Part shown: one piece after another, positions 11,390 to 23,014 of the stretch
Layout of the letters: each line of letters begins with the position of its first letter
Position numbering within the stretch: the stretch's first letter is position 1
Assembly (NCBI RefSeq): GCF_041146345.1
Contig: NW_027191419.1
Span: forward strand, 372,001 to 436,000
Length of the DNA stretch: 64,000 nt
Direction: 5' to 3'
Source: Neodothiora populina
Taxonomy: Eukaryota
Translations under genes and position numbers: made by a program
The notes under the pieces: model-generated
Databases searched by the model: none
The model's input: the letters and a program-made list of their open reading frames with translations, nothing else
Told to the model about the DNA's origin: nothing

Positions 11390-13111
11390 AAGTTCCAGAG
11401 AAGGGTTCCAGAAAGTCGCTAAGTGTGGGAAGGGTCAGGGAACGCTGCACGCAGCCGGTGCTTCCCCGGTATGGAGCATAAGATGACTTGCGATCTGCCC
11501 AGCCACCAAATCGACGGTGCAGCACAAGGTTCCGTCTTGGATTGCGCAGAGCGTCGGCGAAGATCTTTGATGTGATGTGATGGGATTGGGGAAACAAGAG
11601 AGATGGACGAGAGAGGGGCCCCAGAGCTGGAGAAGAAAGGAGTAGAGGAGTTCGGAAAATGGACAGGTCGGAAGCGTACAGTGCAATATGCGCACATAGT
11701 CAGGGAAAGTCGAGTTACGTTATTCGTCGATCAAGCGAAAGGAGGCAGACATATGCGAGGGATAATTACTTGTGTTCGTACCGAGCGAGAGCAGCACGTC
11801 TAAACTTCACGACTTTGAAAGTCTCACCTCGGAGTTTTGAGCGCACGGATCCGCGAATTGTGAAGCAAGCACGATTTAGACACCATCCCGGTCCAACTTG
11901 CATGGGAAAGTTGACGCAATGATTGGGATCATTTGCCAAGCCAGCTATGGCAAGACGAGACAGACACGTCAATTGGCTGGAGCACGAGTCCTGATACGAT
12001 TAGCGCCTAAAGAAGGTTTGCCGGTCGAAGCGAAGCCATTGCATATGGGACGGTTGCGAGTGGCGCCCTTCATATTCACGAGGCAATGATTCAAAGGAAC
12101 GCCGCCGGTTGCACGCAACTAACTGACAGCTAAGTAGTGTCAGAATGCTAGGTAGGTCACTGGAATGGTACAAGCCAGGTAAAGCAATGTGCAAGGCGAG
12201 GTGCCATCATTCGAGTCGACGAATAAAGATACATATCTATCGACGAGTATCGCTCGAGAGCTTTCCCTTGTCTTTCCCCCAGACTTTTTCCCGTTGCCCA
12301 TAATCTATCATCCTTTCCTCCAAGGAAAAAAGAACGACCAACCACTCGTTGTTGCCACAGAGCGCAGAACAGATAGTCCCGTAACAGAGCAGAAAGCAAG
12401 CAGAGAAAGCAGCCGTCATTACCTTGACAGAGTTGGCAGACCGCGCTTACAAACGTACCACTTTTTTCCCGTCACTTTGACATATTGTTCCTGAGCGGAT
12501 CTGTCCACTTGCCCACGTCAATCATAATTGCGAGGTTGCCGACTCGAGACATTCGCCGAGGCCCTTGCCCTTGACACTAGACTAGTGACTAATAAAGATA
12601 TCCGCCCTACCGACTACCCTTATTATTCTCCACTTCACCCGCCAACCTGGATTCATCACCAGCATTAGCAGCAGAAGCAGCAGGTGTAGCAGCAGCGAAA
12701 GCAGAAGCGGTAGCTACAGAGACACAGAGAGAAGGCACTTGCACTTCTTCCTCCATCGCATCCTCACCTCCCACACCTTCGCTTGCCTCTTCGCCGTCTG
12801 TATCCAGCAGAGGCAGCAGCAGCAGCAGCAGCGGCAGTCCAGCCAGCAGTCTATATAGCCGTCCTACGGTCGCCGTCGACTCTGAAATCTACCACTCACA
12901 TTTCCGGGAGTGGCGGACTTTCGAGAATAAATTCCCACAGCATCCGCTTGAGCACCAGACAGAAGCCTGCGTGCCTGCGAATCCGTTTCCGTCTTACTCC
13001 ATCGATAATAAGTCCCCATTCGAGCTCGAGGATCTGATCTTCCTGGTCGACGAGGAGCCGAGCGAAGTAGACCAGACCGAATTTCCCAAGAACCGAAATT
13101 TCCCAGCCGCC

Positions 13112-14978
13112 ATGTCTTCCGCGGCGTCACCAATAGACATCGCCACGCCTCGCGCGTCACCCCCAAACCAAACTTCCAACTTGACGACCCAACTCCAAGC
13201 AGCTGGCGCGGGCAGCCGCAGCAATGGCCACCATCACGGTGCTGCTGACCACGATAGTCATCTTTCCCTAAACCCAGCGATGGAGCGACGAGGCAGCGAG
13301 TTTCGCCACGGCTCTCTAGCACCTGGTACTTCTTTCCACTCACGCCCGATCTCCATGCGAGACGCGCAACGACGCGACAGCCAGAACCTGGCTGGTAGCC
13401 TGATGGGAGGAATGAGCTGGGGCGGTCTGTCAGTAGGCAGCTTCATCCGTGACGAGTAAGGCTATTCCTGCATTCGTGACAAGACGTGTTCATCTATTGT
13501 GTCGACAAGACTGACGTCCATTTCTTTTCTTTAGCATTCTCATGGCGGGCACATCACCCTACCAGTTCCAGTCGCCGTCTTTCCACTCGTCTTCTTACCT
13601 CCCGAAGATGGAGGCCAACTTCATGAAAGACTACATCTGCTGCGGTATCACCCTTGACTCTCTCCACGAACTATTACAACATTACGAGGAGGCACACGCC
13701 GGCGTACCCACACAGACCATGGGCCGCACGCCGAAAGACCAACTGAACACGTTCGCCAACGCGCGAAACACCAATGGAGGCACCGCCGCCGCCCTTCTAC
13801 AACAAAACTCCAACCAACAGCAAGCCCCTACATCAAACATGCCCCAATTCAACCACCCTTCAGGCCTCTCTCAGGGCTTGGTGCGTGATCCCCTTCACTC
13901 CGACGCTGACATGGACGATATGGACATGGACATGGATGATTCATCTGCTGCTCCTGCTGTGCAAGATCCTTACCAGAACAACTATCACCCGCAACCCAAC
14001 TTTGGCCGTCAGCAGTCTAGGGCGCCGTCGCTCAACATCGGCATGGCGAGCGCCTTCCAAAACCAACAAGGGTTTGCCGCCGCTGCCAACACCAACGCAA
14101 CATCCACTCCTACCACTCCTCAACCTGGCCAGACTGTCCAGCTCGGTCACAACCCTACCGTGTCCTCTGTCAACACACCGACTTTTGGCCAGACAACCGC
14201 CTCTCGCAATGTCAGCCCGCCCGACTCCGCCGCACCGCATACACCTGGCGAGCTGGATCTGAACTACAACTTTGACACTTCAAACACTGCATTCAATGGA
14301 CAGATGCAACACCCCGACAACTTCGGATTTGGAGATGGCAACGTGGGCAATGGAGACTCTCCCTTGTGCATCGACGACCCTGCGAAACGACTACTGAGCA
14401 AGCAAGGTGGCGGAGGTGGATTTGCCGGCTTCAAGAACGGTCTGGCCGGCAACCATTTTGCCAACAACAGCGAACTGGCCAAGCGCCTCCGCGAACAACA
14501 ACTCATGTCTGGATTCGGCTTCCCTGGTGAGGAGGCTAAGCCGTTCAGATGTCCTGTCATTGGGTGTGAGAAGGCCTACAAGAACCAGAACGGACTCAAG
14601 TACCACAAACAGGTAAGCTAATCTTCTGATCGTCACACTTATGCGATCTCGATACTGATTACATCACAGCACGGTCATCAAAATCAGCAACTCAAAGAAA
14701 ACCCCGACGGCACCTTTTCGATCGTCGATCCCACTACTTCCATACCCTACCCCGGTACCGTCGGCATGGAGAAGGAGAAGCCGTATCGCTGCGAAGTGTG
14801 CGGCAAGAGATACAAGAACCTGAACGGCCTCAAGTATCACCGTCAACATTCGCCTCCTTGCAATCCAGAGCTGAAGCTCAACCCCTCTGCTGTTCCCGGG
14901 GTACCAAACACCTTCCAGGCCAATGTCAATGTTGCCGGTGCAGGTCTATCGATGGGCGTAGAAGGCATGGGCTACTGA
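13112..14978 (+). CDS. SFP1: Sfp1-type split C2H2 zinc-finger transcription factor (ribosome biogenesis, TOR); 2 introns
   Basis: [85 protein letters not shown]. Introns 13456-13534 and 14613-14669. May have a CUG-initiated extension from 12647. Confidence 0.93.
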
Positions 14979-15621
14979 CCTCGTGTCGCGTCAGATTCTG
15001 AGCCTCTACAAGAGTAATTGCGGATACTCGGTTCCAGGGAAACCACTGCATCTTGACGTTGGCCACCACGCTCCGCTCTTGCTCTCGACTCACGAAACTG
15101 CTCATTGCCACCTTCGCAATCTTGCAAATCGCAGGCCTGCTTTTCCATTCTTGTCGACGGGGTCACCTGCTTGCCTAAATTTGCCATTCGGTACTGTTTT
15201 ACGGTGTCGGCGGGACCGATGATTGCCCATATATTCTATACCCTAGTGCTCTGAGTCGCACTTCCCCCATCATCTCCCACTAAGATACCCGCATAGATTG
15301 TGCATTCAAAAAGTTTGTCGACTCGCACTTTTCGGTTTCGGCCCGTTTTCTGTCTTTTGTTTTCGCTACTGGTCCCTTTCACTCGACAGCGACAGAGAGG
15401 ACCGGTTGCTTTGTTTTTCTTCCTGGCGGAGTTGGCGTTTAGTGGTGCAAAATTATAGCAGAAAGAGCGCTTTCAGAGTAGTTCAGGCGCTTGTTTGGTT
15501 TTTTCCTGGGATTGGATTGGATTCTTGACGATATCGAGACACGGTTTCTTTTTACTTTCTTTTCGCATTGTAATATTTGCAGATGACCAAGCAGAGAAAA
15601 CCGAACTTTTGTTTCAAATCA

Positions 15622-15625
<4 letters not shown>

Positions 15626-15659
<34 letters not shown>
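15626..15659. repeat. (CT)n microsatellite
   Basis: About 17 CT units between the convergent SFP1 and dioxygenase genes. Confidence 0.95.
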
Positions 15660-15661
<2 letters not shown>

Positions 15662-15902
15662 CTTCGGTGGGTCTAGACTGGTCCGTAGAGTCATGCATGC
15701 ATGTGTGGATGTTTGTGTATACCGCAACTTCGTGTGTGTGCTACCATGCATCCCCCGCTCACTTCGAATCTATCCTCTACTTCGCTGCTGGGTATTGGAG
15801 CTATTCATTGATTTTACTTGTTGAAGCTGAGCTACATTTCACAGGCTATGTGAAAAAGAAGGAAAGGGGGGGGAAGAAAAGCGACAGATTTTAGTGAACC
15901 TT

Positions 15903-17323
15903 TTAGTGATTCTTCTCCACAATCTCCTTTGCAAAAGTCGCAAAGTCGCGCTTCTCGTCTACCATTTCCCATAGATTTGGCTGTTTTCGAGATAAGAGAA
16001 TCGGTTAGTCTTTGGTGCTTTTCTTTGCTTTCCTCGTATAGAGAAGAGTCGGCCCGTAATAGAAACAGAGGAATAAGGCTTTCGCCGGAAGGAGTCTAGA
16101 ATGGTGCGTTTGGGGATATTGGGGAATAGGCAGGATGGTAGTAGTGATGTGGAAATGAGATATTGGACACGTACCTGTGTGAAAACAGCAAGAGTGTTTC
16201 TAGCGATCTTGCCACCACCTCGACCAGGCGCGACTCCCTTGACAAAGTGCGGCACGGCGCGGAACCGGCTTTTGGTGATGACCTCGAGGGCCTCGCCGGT
16301 CTGGAAGGCGAGACAGTCCTTGGGGATGTTGACCTTCGTCACTTTGCCTGAGCGCGAGTGGATATAGAGTCCCGCGCTGGGGTCCGGTGAGCGGTCGAGT
16401 TCAGGCAGGGGCGTTTCGACCCTCGAGAGAGTCTGTGCCTGAGAGGGGGGGTTCTGGGCCTCGTCCACGAACATGGCGGAGGTCAGACCTGTGAGGCAGC
16501 CGTGGTCTAGATGAGTGGCGCACCAGTCGTCCTCGGAAGCAGCGGTGGCGCTGACCCCTTGGTCTTGGGGTGTATCAGCCGATGGGCTGGGGAAGTAATG
16601 CAGGAGTCGAGCCTTGGTGGATATGCTGGTCTTGACGACGCGCTCGAGATAGCCGGTTGGGTAGTCTGGGACATTGCTCGACGCATACCCGTCACATGCT
16701 CTGGCCACCAAGGCAGCTGTGTCGACTATCAGATTGCACAATTGTTGGAAGGTCGTCTCGAAGCCCGGAAGCACGTCTGTACTGGGCCAGACATTTGGTG
16801 CAGTGTACTCGGGAAGGCCAGGATACTTCTCGAGGGCTGTTCGAGCAAAGTCCGCATTGTGTACTGGATTCGCATAGTAGCTGCCTTTCAAGGTGTCATA
16901 GCGGCCGTCCTTGAGGGTTTCCTTGCCACAGGACCATCCGACTAGCCACTTGGACTCTGGCGATTCGAGCTTTACTTTGTTCACGTGGTGAGTTTGATGC
17001 TTATCATTTGAATTTTGATTCGCGTGTTTATATACCCAATTCAGTCGCCGGCAGATTCGCTAGGTATGATGAGTAGGAGAGTAGTCTCTTTCTGAGAGTG
17101 ACAAAATCCGAGGGCAGCCCGCTCACGACGATGATTCCGAGTGAGTCGGGACCAAAAGCCTCCTCTAATTGTGTAGATGTAACACGGCCTAAGGCACAAT
17201 AAGTCTCTCAATATTGTGTTATCATGGAGGGTTGTGGCATAGCTCACCCACTTGCAGATCTTCGAGGCTGACAACCACTGGGGAGGCCACTTCGACGTTG
17301 TTCTCGTTCACTTTAACAGCCAT
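15903..17323 (-). CDS. 2-oxoglutarate/Fe(II)-dependent dioxygenase (IPNS/clavaminate synthase-like fold); 3 introns
   Basis: Spliced EEAFGPDSLGIIVV, GWSCGKE, KGSYYANP, RLLHYFP. HxD...H triad in WCATHLDHGCLT...AVPHFV, then RNTLAVFTQ|P. Last intron 15981-16174. Confidence 0.88.
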
Positions 17324-17590
17324 GTTGTGCTAGGGCTCACAACAGATGATGTGGAAGTTCTATGACAACAGGTAAACTCGAAAACAGCAGGTATAATTTA
17401 GTTTGGATATGCGAATCAATATGATATATGTACTCTTTACCTATCGATTAGAGTCCACCCCGCCGCGTGATACACATAGAATAAGAGACCCCTCTAAAAA
17501 CTGCAAGTGTAAAGCCATTACTATCTCCGTATCATTGAGTTTCGCGGGGCTCCCCGATCTTTCTCCAAACCACCACCCGACCTTCCCATC

Positions 17591-18670
17591 ATGGTCAAGG
17601 CACTTTCCTTCAAGGGCGACAAGAAGGTCAAAAAGCGCAAGCGCACAGCGGTGGACGGCGGAGATCAGGACACCTCGGTATCCAGAACAAACCCGGCAGA
17701 AGAGGGACAGGATGAGGAGTCCTGGGTGTCAGCAGACAAAGAAGAGGACCTCAAGGGACCTGTCCTCTTCGTCTTGCCCACGCAACCAGTGACTTGCCTC
17801 GCTTGTGATGCCAATGGCAAAATATTTGCCAGTCAGATTGAGAACATGATCGAGGACTCGCCTTCGACGGCGGAACCTCATGATGTGCGGCAGGTCTGGA
17901 TCGCAAATCGAGTCGCTGGCACTGATAGCTTCAGCTTTAAAGGTCACCATGGCAAGTATGTCCTGTCGATTTCTCATTACAACTTCACTGCTCTTAAGAA
18001 CTCCATTTGTGTTGTATTCGACTACATGCAAGACTCCTTATCACCCTTTTCGTTCATCCTTGCCCACTTTCATATCCTTCACTTTCATGAACCTCCTCTT
18101 GTTCTTTCAACATGGGCTTGTGCTTCCTCTCTTCCACTTCTTCTTTCGCTTCCAGCGAGAATCAGACATTTGGTTATCGTGGAATGCATCAGCATGTCTT
18201 TCAACAGTGCTGTAACGCGCCCCGACTGACACCCTACGCATAGGTACTTGAGCTGTGACAAGTTTGGCATCCCAAGCGCATCGACAGAAGCTATTTCGCC
18301 CGAAGAGTCCTTTTACTGCTCTCCCAACACCGAGAACATGGCCGGTACGTTCAGCATCCGCACCACGCGCGACAAATACTTTGCAGTCACAGAAGGCTCC
18401 GGCGCACCAGAGATCAGAGCCGATGCCGACGAGATCAGCCCCGACACAGCGTTCCGTCTCCGCATGCAAGCACGTTTCAAGCCTACTCTCAAAGCATCCA
18501 AGGAGGAGCAGGTGAGAGAAAAGATCAGCAGAGCTCAGCTGGAATCCGAGGTCGGCCGTCGTTTGGAAGATGACGAGGTCAAGAAGCTCAAAAAGGCTCG
18601 GAAGGAAGGAACATATCATGAAGCTCTCCTCGACGTCAAGGTCAAGGGCAAGCACGACAAGTTCGCCTGA
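17591..18670 (+). CDS. FRG1: FRG1-like (fascin-like, spliceosome-associated) protein; intron 17956-18243
   Basis: MVKALSFKGDKKVKKRK, EPHDVRQVW, FKGHHGK|YLSCDKFG, RMQARFKP, YHEALLDVKVKGKHDKFA. Confidence 0.9.
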
Positions 18671-21600
18671 GCATGAGGCGCCTCGAGAGGTTAAGGTACA
18701 CTTCACTGCTGCACCTTCGTTGCTGCGCGGAGAGGTCCTCCCATAGCAGCACAAACCTCCCCTATACCAACTTGCTGATTTGAGGGAGCCATGAACAAGC
18801 CAGCTGAAGGAAGCAAAGCAAGTCTTCCAGCGACTTCAATCGCATGCTTTCCCCACGAGTATACCGCACCTCACATGAAGCAGATGCGACCTAGCTCGAA
18901 GGATCCAAAGTGCCGCCGCTGGCTCTTAGCTCAACGGTTGGCCATGATATACAAGTATCTAACCTATGGCTGGAGAATCTGTCTCTTTTCAGCGAGATAG
19001 CCTGGTCAAAGCACCTATACCAAAGCGTACAGTATGACCGGTCAAGTGATAACTTACTTACCCACTCCTTAATCCCGACGTAAATCCTGCCCCATATGTA
19101 CTGTAGCGTGTCCGTTGCACGCACAAGCCTTGCCAGACGGTCCGTCTGTCCATTGATCAAGCACTCTCCGAAAAGCCTCAAGCCGCAGTGAAGCGCATGA
19201 AACGGACAGAGACATCGCTCGATCCGAACCGTGTCCCACTTCTGCACTGAGTAAGATCAGAGCTGCCGAAATCACAATATCCGAAATCTGTACCAAGAAA
19301 TCCTTCCCACCTCATCTATTCCGAAGCTCTCCAACCATCGAATATCAAGTCCCTGTTTCGCGTCTTACTATTATGATGAAAGAAATGATGATATTGATGA
19401 TGATGACGAGCGATGATGATGCTATTAGTTTCAAACAGCCGCCCAGCCCGCCCGCCTCACGCCAGTGCACATTACTGTACCTTATTCCTAGAGTGTGGAA
19501 ATTCATCTTCGTAGTTGGTCTTCATGCCGACTTGGTGCCGGCCAACAGTGGGGTAAAAAAAGATGGCTGGATGGGACAACAATGGGCTGGCTAGGTATCT
19601 TAGCCACATGGCTTCTGTGCTTGTTCTTCTTCTTGTTCCATTTCTTTGTTCTAGTCCTCGGTGTTTTGCCCGAAAGTGTATATTCGTAATGATGTAACCT
19701 TGTTGCCTTTTCGACTTACAGTCCTATGAGGTAAGATATCTACCAGTAGGCGAGGTACTTTGGTTCTGGTACCTGGTTTCCTTCCTGATATGCTGCTGCG
19801 GTGACGGAGTTTTGAAATTGTGTAGAGAGTGTCAAAAGTGAAGTCAAAAAAGGTTACTTCTATAACCCCGAAAAGAGGCAGATAAGGTCTACGTCCGTCC
19901 CTGTACATCGGAAAAGGCACCTTTACCTTACTCTATCTTGCTTTACAAAACCATAACCCACAGCAAATGTACAACAGTACCATACTCCCGCCCTCCGTTC
20001 ACGAGTTCACACTAACCACGGAGTTCTTCCACAGCACTATACGACACGGCCAACGGTACAGTAGTACAGCAGTCCAGCAGTCCAGCAGTGATCCAACTCT
20101 CCCTTGTTCCTCGATGAGAAAGTCCCAATACAAAGCCCGTCCCGCCCCATCTCTATATCTCAAGGTTCAGAGAATCTCGGAAAAATCCTCGAAGCGAACA
20201 CCGACAACGTACGGTAGTGAACCTAAAGCCACCATCCCAAAGAGAAAAAAAAAGGTGCCAGAGTAAGATACATGTACACATACACGGTAGGTAAGGTCCC
20301 TGTACCTGTACGGCGATAAAAAAGACATACTTTCCACCATTTTTGTCTCTCTGTGGCTCTAAAGTGGATAGGGTCAACGTCCGGATGAACGACGGCGGAA
20401 CGGCTGGGTTGGACTGAACTGGACTACTGAACTGATGCATGCACGGAGTCAAGGCCGAACCGTGACTAAATGGGTGTGTGCATGAGAGAGAGATGCGCAG
20501 GCTTGCGTGCATATACAGCTACAGTCATGGCACCTTACCTACTGTACTCTACCTCTCAGGCATCTTCCAGCAATGGAAGGAATGTCGTTTTTGTCTTTGC
20601 TTAGCGAGAATTACTGTAGCTTGTTGTTTTAACGACGTGCGAACTCCAACTTCACGGCAAGTAATGGGGTCGATATAAGGTACCTTAGTCGGTTGGGTCG
20701 ATAGAGTGGTTGTGATGATGATGATGGTGATGACGGATCGGGCGAGCGGACAGTCAGGTAGGCAGGCAGGCAGGGGGGACCTTTTCTCGAATAAACTACT
20801 GGGGTTGAAAAAGGAAGTCAGGAGGGGGAAACACCACACTGTTGTAGACAGGAAGACTAGTCCTTGACTTGGTTGTACATATTTTCGTATTTTGAGCTAT
20901 TCGTATTTACATCATTATTCTTGTTATTCGGGTAATTCAGAATCCTCCTTTTTCTCCCGTGCGTGTGTCTCATGAATCGTCCACCCCAAAAATGAACGGA
21001 CAGCACGTTAGCATGAAACGCTTTAGCTTGCTCCTTGCACGCTCAATCGATTCTGATGTGCTGAGCCACAATATGCTGGAGCGAACTATGCTAGCATCCC
21101 TGGCTAAATCCACCGTTACGGCTGTGTGTAGTGAAAAAGTAGCCATGCTAGAATAGGCTACGACGGTGTCAAAGATCTGTTGTACACGTGTCGCCCGATC
21201 TGATTGCGGCCTGATTGCTATCGACGGTCCACTTTCTGTACAAGGTGCATGCGCCTTCGCAACGAAGAGTATAGGATAACCGCCGTAGCCCCATGATCTG
21301 AGAGCAAAGAGCTATCGTGATAAGTGAGTTCGGCGTCCTTCGAGTCCACGGTGGTTAAGGCGTGCCGGACGACGAACAAAGCAATATCCCTCGTTTTTGT
21401 CTAGCGTATCGAGCTTCTGCACGACGCGGCTTTATGTCATGGTAACAAGACACTTTCGTCGTGACTTGGTCACCCGTGAATGGCTTGTCCATTACCACAC
21501 TCTTGCAGATGTCCTGACTATGTCGCTTTTGTGACTATGCCTCTGGCTAAACAGCACGACAGTTGCATCATGATCAAGCGTGATCGCACAGCTACAACAT

Positions 21601-21739
21601 GGCAGCTGGTTGTACATGAATCGTTGTGGTCATCGCTAAGAGGGGCCTCCCTGTTGAATCGTAATTGGAGGCGAGCAATCTGTTGTCACTTCTAGGCAGA
21701 CACGCTCGAGCAAAGGGTGTCCAACCCGAATGACTTGCA

Positions 21740-23014
21740 TCATGTCTCGTAGCTGTACGGATGATGACCTGCGCCATCACGGTACGATATCGCCAGAGAC
21801 TGCGCATGTGTCGGTTGTGTTTGTAAAAAATGCGGTGATCCCGCAGAAGTGGTATAGACTGGAGCAGCTAAATTCCCACGTTGGATGCCCGAGCTCGAGA
21901 AGTCACTCGGAGGCTGGACTTGACCTGGGCCAATTTGATAAGCTGGATGTGCTTGAGACTGGTCATGAAAGGTCGTTTGCTGTGTAGCTGGATAAGTGGA
22001 GAGCGGTTGATAGTCGCTTTGAGGAACCAACCCGGGCGCATGGTATGCTGAAGTCGTTGGTGGCAACTCGTTCGTGGGCGCCGATACACTTTGAAAATGC
22101 GGAGGTTGGGTTTGCGGAGGGAAACTTAGAGCTTGAGGAGGTGCCGGAGTGTAAGTTGGAGCTCGATCTGCTGGCCGGACCTGATATCCGTAGCCTGATG
22201 TGGAATTTGCCCACGGAGTTCGATCGGTGACACCATGAACGACTGGGAAGCCCCTCGACTTCTCTGAGCCTTGATCGATGCGGTTTTGGGGAGAATCCGC
22301 AGCATCGTTGGCTCTCCAAGAGGCATTCTGGGTTCCATTGCCAGCTTGTGCCGAATCTGTCAGGAATTGGGTTGATCCTGTACTTCCTGCGTGAGTGAAA
22401 GTACCGTGGTTCCTCCACGAGTCTGAAGGTTGAGAATGATGAAGAGGAGCGATGGGCATGCTACGGCTTGTCCCACTCGGCGAGGACCTGGGGATATTGG
22501 GTTGAGGTGACGATCCCGAGGTGGAAACACCGTAGTCCGTAGGCTTTCCTGACTTGGGCATTAGTCTCCCTTGCCTATGGGCTCCCACGATCAAAACACG
22601 TTGCTCATGCTTACCCTTTCTTTCAGCCTCAGTCACATTGATGGTGAAAGTCTCACCACCGAGTCTGCTCCTCAGGTAGGCATTCTCCTCTTCCAGTTCT
22701 TGGTTGCGTTGTTGAGTAGCTACAAAGGTCTTCTCCCTGTTATCGTGGGACATTGACAACTCGTTGATGCGACGCTCCAAGGCTTCAATATGGTCTTTAG
22801 TACGCTGTCTGATGGCTCGCTGCGCTTCTCTGTCGTTTGCGCGTTTCCTCTCAAGTTGTGCAGCGGAAAGGGTAGTCACACTACGCGTGCCCGCCCTTGA
22901 TGCTCGTTTCTGTGACATTGTTGACTTGGTTTTGGTATCCGATCCGGGAGAGACGTAATCTTGTCTCGGACTCAGCTGGGAGGCTGAACTTGCAGAAGTT
23001 GCATCCTGATTCAT
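21740..23014 (-). CDS. bZIP transcription factor; probable 66-nt intron 22549-22614
   Basis: Basic region LSAAQLERKRANDREAQRAIRQRTKDHIEALE, then a leucine zipper and a Gln/Pro/Ser-rich C-terminus. Intron GTAAGC...CTAAT...CAG. Confidence 0.85.
   Translation of the reverse strand: MNQDATSASSASQLSPRQDYVSPGSDTKTKSTMSQKRASRAGTRSVTTLSAAQLERKRANDREAQRAIRQRTKDHIEALERRINELSMSHDNREKTFVATQQRNQELEEENAYLRSRLGGETFTINVTEAERKGKHEQRVLIVGAHRQGRLMPKSGKPTDYGVSTSGSSPQPNIPRSSPSGTSRSMPIAPLHHSQPSDSWRNHGTFTHAGSTGSTQFLTDSAQAGNGTQNASWRANDAADSPQNRIDQGSEKSRGFPVVHGVTDRTPWANSTSGYGYQVRPADRAPTYTPAPPQALSFPPQTQPPHFQSVSAPTNELPPTTSAYHAPGLVPQSDYQPLSTYPATQQTTFHDQSQAHPAYQIGPGQVQPPSDFSSSGIQRGNLAAPVYTTSAGSPHFLQTQPTHAQSLAISYRDGAGHHPYSYET

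Noticed and set aside
17956..18243. Unusually long introns in FRG1 (288 nt) and YET3 (239 nt) as snoRNA hosts
   Set aside because: No C box (RTGATGA) with a matching D box, and no H/ACA architecture seen.
19069..19640. Possible small spliced minus-strand gene
   Set aside because: Only short ORFs with weak splice signals and no recognisable motif.
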